A stretch of 60,136 nt of DNA, filler included, from Sphacelaria rigidula (lineage: Eukaryota), in assembly GCA_964200075.2 (NCBI GenBank). It is 6 parts of 6 records of this genome, joined end to end, with 100 filler letters (N's around TTAATTAATTAA, not from the genome) between each part and the next. Parts side by side here need not be neighbours in the genome. Positions count along the whole stretch, not along the records: positions 30,121 to 40,059 come from CAXNAA020007448.1; positions 40,160 to 50,098 come from CAXNAA020007449.1; 4 more parts are not named here. One strand, given 5' to 3'. The notes beneath the pieces were generated by a model. The model was not told where the DNA came from, ran no database searches, and worked only from the letters and a program-made list of their open reading frames with translations. Positions within the stretch are counted from its first letter, which is position 1. Each line of letters starts with the position of its first letter. Made by a program: the position numbers and the translations under genes. This document shows positions 35,462 through 46,789 of this stretch, in pieces.

Positions 35462-35521
35462 GCGAGTGTCTCACTATCGAAATCGCACAAGGGAGCGTTC
35501 GCGACGGCAGTTGAAAAATTT

Positions 35522-35750
35522 CAAGGTTGTACTCTGTGGGGATATACCCGAAAGTGTAGGACTTTCGGTTGGCACTCTAAACCATGCCTGAATGTGTATC
35601 GAACATTCCACTACGAATCGGCAAGGTTTCGACCCCTTTTCCGAACACTCTGGTATGTTCCGGAAGGGAATATACAGAGAAAATGACGCTTGTTTATAGC
35701 CCTGCACATACCCGAATTTCAGCCGGTATGCCCTACGGAACACAACCTTA
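35522..35750. mobile_element. Short MITE with the same hAT-like TIR; a homologous copy lies at 2461-2687
   Basis: CAAGGTTGTACTCTGTGGGG...CCCTACGGAACACAACCTTA; internally colinear with 2461-2687. Confidence 0.65.
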
Positions 35751-35809
35751 CAAATTTTCTCCACAGGTGAACCTGACGCGCACCGTTAAACGCGATGCTG
35801 ATAAATAAC

Positions 35810-36244
35810 AGCCGATCATCGAAATCGAGGATGGAGCTTCTCATTGAGGATGAAAACCAGAAGGATGAAAACCTTCGTATCCACACCAACTCTTCGAAAT
35901 ATGGTTCCGTTTCTTCACGTACTGATAGCTATAGATAACTGCTACAAGTCATACAAATTGTGATTTCGATATCCGAAATGTTGGGGTCCTAGGTGAAAAA
36001 CTAAGTACGGGGAATTTCGGTGATCCGACCTAAATTCCCCTAAATTGTATCTCCATCTAGGACCCCAACATTTCGCTTCCTGCAATCACAATTTTTATGA
36101 CGTGTACTACAATTCAATAGCTACTACTAGGTGAAGTAATGGAACCAGAACTCAAAGATTTGGTATAGATACGAAGAATTGAACCCCCCGGGTTCTCGTC
36201 CTTCATGAAAAGCTCCATCCTCAATGTTCGATGATCGACCGCTG
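35810..36244. mobile_element. Foldback MITE
   Basis: Imperfect inverted arms GATCATCGAA..GAGGATGGAGCTT / AAGCTCCATCCTC..TTCGATGATC; homologous to 51779-52215. Confidence 0.7.
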
Positions 36245-36334
36245 AAGGAACCCACCGAAAAAGGCGTTTATTGTGCCCTGAAAGTATAGGTGTGGGGTAT
36301 TGTTATCGCAGTGCAAGTGGTATCCCCCCACTAC

Positions 36335-36702
36335 CTTACCAAGTAAACGTGATGAGGCAATAGAGAGTAGGACTCATGTAGTGGAAAACGTGAACTATAA
36401 AAGGAGAGGCGGGACGTGCCAGAGGGGAAAACGTGGGAAGTAAAAGAAGGTGACATAAAATCGCTTGGTGCTTTAAATCGTGGCGAGACAACAATCGTCA
36501 TGTTAGAAGATACATTGTGGCCACACAAGGAGAATTAGGAAAAGGGTAAGACACGTGAAAGGTTCTTCTGTTTCGTATGGAAAAAATGTAATGAGCGCCT
36601 GAATGTCGGAGGCGTGTCTATTAGGAGTAGGAACGGTGCTACATCCGGAAAGGAGTGCATGATGAATGGTCAAATGACAACGGCAAGCAGCAAATGAGTA
36701 CG
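36335..36702 (+). mobile_element. 5'-truncated LINE: ORF2 C-terminus (CCHC-like ESRTH..) plus 3' end
   Basis: Degenerate frameshifted ESRTHVV..ERDV..GDIKSLGAL..TIVML.D..WP..NVGGVSIRSRNGA.S.K.C..NGQMT.ASSK*, then TGAGTAC. Confidence 0.7.
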
Positions 36703-36909
36703 CTTTTTCTTCTTCCTAACAGAAACGTTCGTTGGTTGCGTGTGAAACGTCGGCGTTGGTGTGGATCATTCACGATTCGAAAGTATCGACCCCTGCGCAT
36801 TATCCCCACGTTTGGGCAAAACGTACGCGAGCTTCTTTCCGTTTTACATTGAATGGTGCATGTAAACAAGAGATAGTGGTAGAAATGCACATCCCTTTCT
36901 CTTTCAGGC

Positions 36910-37376
36910 TTGGCGTCGGTTGGCAACGACGTTGTGAAACACGTCACTCACTGCGTAAATTAGGCAGCCAGGCCACCGGGTTTTTTCGCTAGCGTGTTCT
37001 GTGGTTACCATGGTCGAATTACATCAAAACTATGTGGGGTGAAAAACCTCAAAAGGGATGATTGCACTGCGTAATATTTGTTTAGTGAGACACCCAGGAG
37101 GCAGCGTGACCCGTGGCTGATTCTGGAAGCGGCGATACCTGAACATGAAGCACGTCAACATAGGCTGTCACCCATATGCAAAGCGACGAGTACGCTTTAG
37201 GCCGAACACGCTTTCCAGGATGTAGGTCACCCCTCATGCGACTCGCCGAACATATCACGGCGCTTCGCGCTGATGAATGCAAGCCGGGTCCAACGAAACC
37301 CGGCGTGCTCCGTCCCGGTTTTCTTGTAGGGATGCGAGGTCAATGGTCTTATGGCTACGGTATGCAAGATCATGGG
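36910..37376 (+). mobile_element. Second full copy of the ~500-bp SINE-like element
   Basis: Homologous to 34244-34742 over its length. Confidence 0.7.
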
Positions 37377-39358
37377 TTTCGAGTAGACCGTCTCTTTCGT
37401 CTCCTCGTCGTTACCCCGCGTTTCCACAGCACACACGATGAGTTTGAAGAAACGTCTTGAGGTTGATATGATCGGGATTGCTGATATCTCTTGACAGCTG
37501 AGAATTGCCGCATCCGGAGGTCCGGAGGTATACGTGGTACGACATGCAAGCACGTGTTGCGCGTGGCGCAAACGTATCAAAAGGAGGACCCCGACCAAAA
37601 CCTCAGGGTGTCCGCATTCGGGATCACTACGAGGTCCATGCTTTCGATCATTCTCAGATCCACGTTTGATGAAGCAGCTCGCAGAGCCTGCTCCGTGAGG
37701 ACGCCTGGAACCAAGCGTGAAATTCTCTTGTGCCAATGTTTTCAAGCTCGCAGTCATTCGCGAGATGCGGGCGTTGAACCTGACGGCTGTACGACTTGGC
37801 TATGCTGCAGCCGCATGCCGAGGTGTCGGGCATTTTGACACAAGATGACATGGCTCACGTCAGAATCAACGGTTGCTTTTCCTCGTTTGTTGTCATGTCG
37901 GTTATTATCTTGTGGGGAGAGGACGAGCGGCTTGGACCTGCCAGCCGCCAAAAATCATGGCTGCTGAATTTATACACTGATAGGAGTTTTCACACCCTGG
38001 ATAACAGCATTAGATTACGTTATTAAAACGTGTACTGCGAACAGTATCGACTATTGCGTCTATTGCAATAGACATTACATTCCATACTGCGTACACGTTT
38101 TGACGATGTAATTTAATGTCGTTATCCAGAATGTGACAGTTTCGCGCGTTATGCCCACGGCCCCAATCTTCATTGTAAAATGAGTCGCGGTCATTTTGCG
38201 CCCAACTTTGCTGACGTACTAGATCTTGATAGTGGACGAGATATGGACATTTCCCATCCCAGATGTACCACAGTGGGGCGGATGTCAAGAAGATACGCAC
38301 TCTCGGTGCCGAAATTCCCGGGGACGTACGTGGATATATCTCGGCTGCTACCTGCAAGTCGTGATCGAGCCACCCCCCGTTTCCAACCCCGACAAGTGTG
38401 CTCTAGCATTTCTGTCTCCTGGAGAACGTTCAAACGGTTGTACAAGCCTGCAGGAATCGGGCGAATCATCGCCAGTTCGAATAATCAAATCTACTGTTTT
38501 TTGATAACCTGTGATTGCCCGAAAAAGAGGAAACAAAAAAAACAGTACCCGCGGGTCAAAATTTATCGAGGCACCTTTTGCGCTGTTCCACGTGTCTTGG
38601 GAGCGCGTTCCTGGGGTGCAAAGACTGAAAACAAAGCCCAAGGGTTATTGATTCGCATGATACGAATCCATTCCACTAAAAAGCAAGAAGTTTTCAAACG
38701 AATCATGATTCTTCCGACCCTTGGAGGGGGGTGTATACAGGTTTTATCTGGGTTTCGTAGTACCCGCATCTTGAGGTGCTCTCCTCTCTTGTTCACACGT
38801 ACAGTATGAGTGTGATTTGGTGCGCAGCTACTTGTGTGCCAACGTATTGAATTAAAACATGAAACTGGTGCTACCGTTCTGTTTTTGTCATCTGCTTCCT
38901 CTCATCAAGAGCCCCAGGCTTGTGTGTCTCGGATCCTCCTTCACGGTTTACACTCGTAACCGTGGAGAGGTGTCAAAGTTTATATATTTCCCACGAAAAC
39001 CGGTCCCTTCAGGTTGTGTTTTCTCAATTCGTGATAGTTTCAAAATGTAAGGACTTCTACGTACTCTTAATGCTTTTGTATGAATGATTTTGTGCGTGTA
39101 AAGGCATGCATGAAGACTCTCTCGCGTATACCGCACACGGCGGGGTTTTTGTGATCTCCTTTTTCTCCGCGAGATAGGTCCTGAACTCCATGACCGTCCA
39201 ACCTGAAACACTCCAAGGCGTAATTTATATAAGGATTGTCGGGTCGGCGAAAACGGTTCAGTGCTCAACGTATTCCCCCTCGCCCACCCGACGCTGTCCT
39301 TGCTCGTGCAACCTCTTCCGCTCCTCTCACGGTCTTATTTCACACGGCCGTGGCATAG

Positions 39359-39516
39359 ATTAACACGCGGGTGGAGCGGGCAAGGGAGAGGACGAGGATC
39401 CGAAGAGACATCGCATCGAAGAGATTGCAGAAGCTCTGTCGAGATCGGNNNNNNNNNNGAAGGGCGCCAAAGAACTGAAGAAGAGGTTCGTCGTGCGCAA
39501 GATTATCCTTGAACAG
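39359..39516 (+). CDS. Multi-IQ protein, exon e (contains 10-N gap)
   Basis: tag|ATT AAC...CAG|gtgagc; INTRVERARERTRIRRDIASKRLQKLCR...KGAKELKKRFVVRKIILEQ. Confidence 0.65.
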
Positions 39517-39851
39517 GTGAGCATTTCTTCATTCTTTATTTATTTTATTTTTTTCTGTGGTCTTTTACTGTCTGTTTCTGACAGGTCGATAGACTGATCA
39601 TCACCGACGGGAACAGGAGGGTAACGGAGAAAAAATGAGCAAAAAGTGCGAGCAGGCGCGTAAACTGAAGCAGTTATTCGTTTATCGTCCACAAGATTAC
39701 CCCGCGTCCAGGCGAGCTGCTTTTCGCCTTGGGATTCACTCGACAAATCGCTGAACACGGGAGAATATGACAACGGGTATTGTATGTGTCGCGAAAGTAG
39801 CTCCACACTCCCAGGTCATGTTTCAGCACAAAAGGCCGGAGGGGAGAGGGG

Positions 39852-39973
39852 GTGTACTCAACTCATGATCTTGCATGCCGTAGTCGTAATACTATTGACC
39901 TCGCATCCCTCCACAGCTGGGACGGAGCACGCCACGGGGTCATCGACCTAGGCTCGCAATCAATCACCATGCC
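39852..39973 (-). mobile_element. SINE-type 3' module between two C-runs
   Basis: Reverse complement reads GTGCTCCGTCCC...GGGATGCGAGGTCAAT...GAGTACACCCC. Confidence 0.65.
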
Positions 39974-40484
39974 TGGGGGGGGGGGGGGGGGGGGGCCCAC
40001 GGCTTTTTTTTCTCGTCGTTCCTTTCTCCAGCCTCCACCACGCGCCCCTCCCAAGCCGGNNNNNNNNNNNNNNNNNNNNNNNNNNNNNNNNNNNNNNNNN
40101 NNNTTAATTAATTAANNNNNNNNNNNNNNNNNNNNNNNNNNNNNNNNNNNNNNNNNNNNACATTTTTCCGGGTTTTTATTTTTGTCTATTATGAGAAGCG
40201 GCCTAAGAAACGCTCTTGCTTTGTTTTCGACGAGTCTAGAAAAGACTCCAATTAAATTGTAGGAAAAGCCGGAAAAATGGAACAAAACGTCCCGTCGAAA
40301 TGATGCCCTTTGTGTTGTCGGTATCATTACTGTTTATTATTTCAAGAAGTTAGGTTTCTTGTCTCTTCTCCTTCGACCTGTGATCACGCAGCTCACTCAT
40401 TACAAAAGTAGTGTGTTCGTCAACCGCTAGATAGATATGTACAGTAGTAGTAGTAGTAGCTGTCTTCGTGTGGCTATTTCTCAC

Positions 40485-43400
40485 CCAAGGAGCCCGTCAG
40501 TGTTTGTGCCAAGTACATGAGAAGGGGGTAGCAGAAGAAGCGAAAGCGTGCCGTTGAAGGCCCGAGCTCGCGTTGTTGCTTCACCAGAGTTCACAATGCA
40601 CAACGCCACCGCACCATGTATGATATATGTCGGTATCAAAGTGCTGGTAAGGCCGTGTCTCGACGTAACCCCGGCAGCCAGCTGGTCCGAAGGTGATCCG
40701 CCTTGAAGCCTGTAATGATGGACCGTCGGCTTAGTACAGGCGGGGGAGCACGGGTCCAGACATATTACTCTTTCGGCGGGCTGCTGCCGGCGGCGCACAC
40801 AGCCCAAGCTGTGTCGTCGAAACCGAGGTATATTGCTCCTACGAGTGAGCGTTTATAGCGTGTTTCCTGCTGGGCTGCGCCTGACAGTCCCGGGAAAATC
40901 ACTTCACAACAAGCAAACAATCTGGGCATTTGAATCAGGTACAACACTATTTTACGGGCATTGTTATCGGCTGCCTGCTGCTCCTTGTGGCAAGTAAGTT
41001 TCAAACTAACATGTAAGTGGCCGTTGGTTTCTGCCAGCAGAGTCTACCTGAACACAAGTTGGAACGATGGTTACGTGTCTGAATATATACTTGATAAGGG
41101 TTATGGGTATGTTGGTGGTATGCTCCTTGCACTCTGTGACCACGGGTTCGAGAGATCGAGCTAATGTGATGGATATAATAATAATAATAATAACAGGACC
41201 GACCATTATTTTCAGATCTTGTCGGGGCTCACAGTCCCGGGTACTCGCCGCTAGCGTGCGCGGGAAGCGTTTATTTTGCTCAGATCGGGGCCGTTCTGCC
41301 AACGCATACTTAATCGAGGGGATCCTTTGTAACTCCCTGGTTGGAGGTGGGCTCTCGGTATGTGCCATGGGCTATGGTTGATATAGGTTTAGCGATATAT
41401 CTGTGTCAACCGTCGAAAATTGAAAACTAAGTTGCGCAAACGTTCATTACTTCATTTCCGTGGTGGCGAATGTGTTCGTAAACATCGTCACTCGTTCCCA
41501 GGAAAGTTCTTTAAGCAGAAAACACTTATACCACCATTTTTTGCGCAAAATTATGTCTCTGTGTGTGTACGTTCTTCTTGTTGGGTGGGTGAAAGACCAC
41601 TTTCCTCTCCAAAAATGTCGAGGGCGACATGTTTTCCTCCTCCACCTGGGGAAGTCCGAACTGCACAGAGATGATGCGACAGCGGATGAAAAAACTGGAG
41701 GCGTTCTGATAATATACCTTTAGCACATCCACGAACATTCCGGACACAGGCAGGGGGCCGCGGGATCATACAGTGTGACAGCAGAACTCTGTCCGGTGCG
41801 TCCTTGCTTGATAGCGTTTTCGCCACAAAGCAAGCATAACTCTTGGAGGAACCCCTCAAAGCGCCCATCGCTATTTGTAGCAAGGATTCCACATAAATAG
41901 TAAATCAAATAGATCAAGCTGTGTGGCGTATATATTGAAAAAAATGCTACTACTATTCTTCGTCACCTAGAGCAAGAGAGCAACAACGACCTCTCCACCT
42001 CCTCGCATTTTGAGACACAGACAACAAGGATGATAGAGCAGGAAATGGTCATCCCGTACAAGTAGAATCATTGAACGACCGAAAGACACTTGACAGTGTC
42101 TAACAGTGTTTTCGTGAAATTGAGAGTAGAGGATACGATTGAGAGTGAAACGGCGGTCGATTAGTGAATGAATCGTTTCAGTTCCGAAATGCCCTTTCAC
42201 GAGGTCAAACATGCTTTCTGTAGTAGCTTGCCCTTAAGGACTGCTGCCGCGATAGCCCCCCTCCGAACCGGCCAAAAAGGTGCACGGAGGCGGTGATCAT
42301 GAGATACCGATAGAGCTGGTTCCGTGCTGGCTGACGCGACTCATTTCGGCGTCATGGCTGATTTCTGACTGCTACACGCCTCTCATGTGGGCGGAATTGC
42401 TGCCAACGAGCCCAATAGTGGGGTCGCAGCCGATTTGTCGGGCGGTCTCCGGTGCACTTCTGGTGGGGGGGGCTATCTCGGCATTAGTCTGAGGCTCTAA
42501 ATATTCCTGAGTAGGATATCGACGTGTAGCTGTGAGCTCACGCAAGTGAAAAAGGCAAAGAAAAGCACACACGGAATAAAAAATTGGTTGAGTTGAAGCG
42601 AGTGATCAAAGCCTCTCTCAATCAGCGCTCTACTCTCTCTCAATTTCACGAAAACGTTGTTGTCTGCGATTTGTTTTGCTCCATCAAGTAGACAGTAGTT
42701 TCGGCTTCTTCCTCTTGTTGCTTTTCATACCACACCCGCTCGCTGAGAGAACCTGAACCCTTGCATCCACTGAACAGGTTTCTGAAATGTCGAAGCAAAA
42801 TAGATTTTAGCACCCTGTGAGATGAAATGGTGTTGAAGAAAAAACGAAGGGAAAAACGAGGGGTTTGAGCGCCGAAACTCCTCACAATTTGAAGAAAAAA
42901 ATATCAACGGAATGACTTGATTGGTCGATTCATTTTGATCAACTGATTGATTGATTGGTCATCGCGCATCAACTGATGACTTTCCACAAGAAAGAGAGAT
43001 CCAGCCGTGTTTACAAAATAATTGACGTACCCGAGGTGAACAAAACGGAAACGCTCACGAAGAAAAAGGAAAATGGGGGGGGGGGGGCTCACACCAAACA
43101 CAAAACACAGCAGAAAAGGACAGGAAGGGAAAAGAGAGCACAGGAGAGGAACGGACACAAAGAAGATAAGGAGAAGAGGAAAAACCGGTCCCGATGTCAT
43201 GTGTGTGGATGTCGTCGACAATCACTGCAGCAGCAGTAGCATGGCACTCCTCTTACTGACATGAGCGGCGGCGTTGTACATGTAGTGTAGTGTTGCATCA
43301 AGCCATCTATACTGGCTGGGACCCGCTGTGTACACTGCAGTACTTCATGCAACTGAGTGTGATACCTCCGGCCAACTGTTCGTCTCCTACACATTAGCGA

Positions 43401-43726
43401 CGTCACAGACCAGTGCTCGTACCATCGTGAAGCATGTGGGCGTCAAGTTGCCACAGTTTTTGCACTCGAAAACATTTCAAAAAATACGAGGTCATCCTGT
43501 TTGTCGCAGCGGCAGCAACAGCTCTCGTAGGCTCGCACGGTGTAACACCTACTCCGGGATATGACTCTTTTGGGCCTCATAACTTCAGCACGCAGGGGTG
43601 ACATACAGGGCGGGTGATCAACAACGTACTCCGGTACAGGGGGGTTTGTTCCACCACAATGAGTTCCTCCAAATTCCGGGGTCCCTCTACAGTGCGGTCG
43701 AAATGACTTGTCACAAGTCCGATCCG
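40485..43726 (-). CDS. Possible uncharacterised multi-exon gene (candidate exons 43726-43549, 43386-43257, 42781-42736, 41870-41718, 40838-40769, 40709-40485)
   Basis: A chain of AG/GT-bounded open segments with mutually consistent phases. No recognisable domain. Confidence 0.3.
41100..41193 (+). mobile_element. Short SINE-like repeat with AAT-type tail; a second copy lies at 14225-14335 (-)
   Basis: Shared CCTTGCACTCTGTGACCACGGGTTCGAGAGATCGAGCT. Confidence 0.6.
42102..42661. mobile_element. Same MITE family (TSD GTCT) carrying a nested ~250-bp MITE at 42238-42489
   Basis: TIR AACA..GTTTTCGTGAAATTGAGAG. Nested element has TIR GACT..TGCCG.GATAGCCCCCC and TAA/TGA flanks. Confidence 0.7.
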
Positions 43727-43940
43727 CTGTACTAATATAACGTAATTGCACCACAGGGGTAGCATAGGGTCCCAATATAGTGCGGTCATGCCAGGCTTTG
43801 GTCATGCCAGGCTTGTGACCCCCCACACTTTGTTGATACCACCGCAAAACAAACCTACTGCAGTGTCAATGTATGTATACGATTTGCGGATGAACCGACC
43901 AAGAAGAACCGTTATTTCACGTACGCATTCCCACCCGGTC

Positions 43941-44070
43941 GCCCCGGTGGCTCGGTTGGTAACCTCGAAACCTTCTGACGGTAGGGTCGTGGGTTAGAAT
44001 CTTGGAGCGATCTCGGATTTTTCGCACAGCGCCCAACAGTGGAGAGCGAATGTGTCGTGGGTACACAAAA
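43941..44070 (+). mobile_element. tRNA-derived SINE head
   Basis: Box A TGGCTCGGTTGG and box B-like GGTTAGAATC; no proper cloverleaf. Confidence 0.6.
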
Positions 44071-46487
44071 TTCGACTCAATGGTCGACGAGGGAAAGGTA
44101 CTGCTGAACCCCTCTCGCGATAAAAAATAAAGGCAAGCACCGCAGAAGGAAGGGTGGAGAACTGAAACAACAACAAAAAAAGAATTATTGTGTTGGCCTT
44201 CCTCCTGCGCGACCTCGGTTGGTGCGCCCACATACCGAAACGTGTAGACTGGCGTCCAGAACAGACAGCATGACAACACACAACACACATTCCCACCTGT
44301 AGAAGAACAAACGGTGAGTCCGCGAGCTCTCTAACGTCTTGTGAAGCCGAGAATCAGGAGTACTTGCCCGATAGCCAGTCGAATCGCAGCCCGCAATGCG
44401 CGAGCATTTGCTCGCGACATCTCGAGCGTGTGCAAAACTAATACTTGACCGAAAACCGGCCGTGAGTGTCAACAGGTCGACACCATGTACATCAAACCAA
44501 CTAATCAAGCATGTGAATCGTTCCGTCTCAAGGACCTGAAGCTTCCCCCGCATGCAAACAAGAACAAACACGCTTGTACGTACGCCACTCACTTCCGCTT
44601 ACTTCGAAATTATTGTAACACGTCGCCCGTTGCCGAGCGCTACGACCCCTCTCCACGACGCAAATAAGCGTACCACTCTCTCCACAAAGCAAATACGCAC
44701 TGTGATACTCATGGCTCGCAAAGTGTCAACCAGCGCTGCTCTAAATCATCAACCAAGTAATATTGTTTACAGTACTACGTGGATCGAGTCACAGCAAGGA
44801 GCGTTCCACTGACGACTGATGACCCCCCCCCCCCCCCCCCCCTCACCGTCCCGACAAAAAACAAAACAAAACACGCCGCCGTCTTTTTCACAGTGCCATA
44901 AATAACATGCGAAACAACTGTTGACAGTTTTTCGTTCGACACCCGAGCCATAGCATACTTCACACAGGAATTTGCGCGATTCCGACAGAGCTGCACTTGC
45001 GGAGCTTCAACAAAAATCGCGGGCTACTCATTTGTTGCCATGATTCACACAAAGGTGGTGAGACATGAAACAATCAAGATACACCCACCCCTCATCTGAG
45101 ATTGAAACCTGTGGCCAAACCAGCCATCAATATACGAGTGTCAGATAACGAAGAGCGGGGAGCGTCACGCTCAAACATCTCCATACAACACCACGAAACG
45201 CAACATACAGAAACGTACTGAAACCTTCCTTCTTCATCATCTCGTGGAACCCCACAGACCATACTCATACAGATGAGTAAAAAACTCACGCACACAGTAC
45301 ACGCAGGACAAAATGCCAAACAAAACTCACATATGAAACAAAGCACGCACATTGTACCACCTTCTATCGGCGGACTCGAGACCGTTCCCAACAACTAACA
45401 GCGCCAGGCCCTCGAATGATCGCAACAACGTTGATAGCCATGTATGCCGCAGAACACAACATCACACACGAAGGGCAGGACATGCAGCTGCAGCAAACAC
45501 GGGGGGGGGGGGGGGGCCCGGCCAACACCTCCCCCCCAACGCCGTCCCCCCCCAAACCCCCACCCCAAGACCCGGGTTTTNNNNNNNNNNCAAGAGGTAC
45601 CCGCGGGGGGGAGGCACGGAGAGGGGGGGGGGGGGGGGGGGGTGGGGGGACTGGACAAAACGTCCACACCAACGGCGTTCACCGCCAAACGCCCACCGCA
45701 TGTCACGGGATTTTCATGCAGACGAGTGAACGTACCACAAGCATTCACGGCGAGGCTACTTGTGCCGCATGGTTCTAGAGGCGCATTGGGAAACCGCTGG
45801 CAACGGGACGTTTCTCACCGCAACAACAAAGCAAAAAAAACAATCAACGACGACCACAGGAGAGGGAAACAAAACCATCTGAACCCACCCATCGATCACA
45901 TGTGCACCGGCATATCCATGTCGCGCCACTGTTCAGCCTGTCTGTTTCCGCCACGAAAACTTCATCAGTTAGACTGGGCAATCTGTCCACCGCTATCTCG
46001 CACTCGGAGAGACAGACCTCCCGCACACAATCTCTCCACCGCTAACTTCGAGCAAAAAGATAACGCGCAGATGGATGGTCACACAGATCAACGAAAACAC
46101 CCACGTGGCGGTAGAACAGTTGTTCTACCACGACCACCAGCCAATCACCTCTCGGGGTCACCCTGGCTTCTGTTCAACAGGTGGCGAAGGACAAAAAAAC
46201 TCAACAAAAAAAAAAAAAACAGCGACCTGCAATCAATCAACCAACCAACCGAGCACCATAGCAATTGCTGTCAAAAAACAAAAACACAAAAGGCATACAC
46301 ATTTACAGCGTTCCTCTCGGCCCGTTTCACCGAAAAAAACGCTACTCCTTTTTCCGAATACCATGACAAAACGCACAACACACAGCACACAGCACACAAG
46401 CTAATACACGCACGCACAACAAGCGCCGGTAATCTAAACCCCCCCGCAAAACACGGCAGGTGCACCGCTCCCACCCCACCCCCTGGA

Positions 46488-46789
46488 TCACTCAAACGCC
46501 ACAGTTATGATGGGAAACTGGCTGTGCGCCCCGAATTCCACCTTCGCTCGACCCCTTACCAGTGCCTTGCTCGCGCTCGTCCGTTTCCCGCCGCCTTTGC
46601 CGGATGTTGCCCCCGCCGCATTCACGCGCTTTGCAACTTGGAGAGAAGTCACCGCGTTAGAAACGGAGACTTTGGCCAGCGCCGACAGCTCCGCTTTTGC
46701 CGCGTCCCAAGCTTCGGTCAAGGCGATCATGCTGCAGCTGCCGGTACTGGCTGCCGCGGAAGGTGGTGGAGCTACCGCGATGGCGTCGC
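46488..46789 (-). CDS. NAA35: NAA35/MAK10, last exon with stop
   Basis: cag|GC GAC...TGA; ELSALAKVSVSNAV...KVEFGAHSQFPIITV* resembles the NAA35 terminal 'LKVAKxN...FDFSxHxYFPVV' motif. Confidence 0.82.

Noticed and set aside
20708-39516. Myosin motor exons and IQ exons as a single gene
   Set aside because: They lie on different contigs that are adjacent only because of length sorting.
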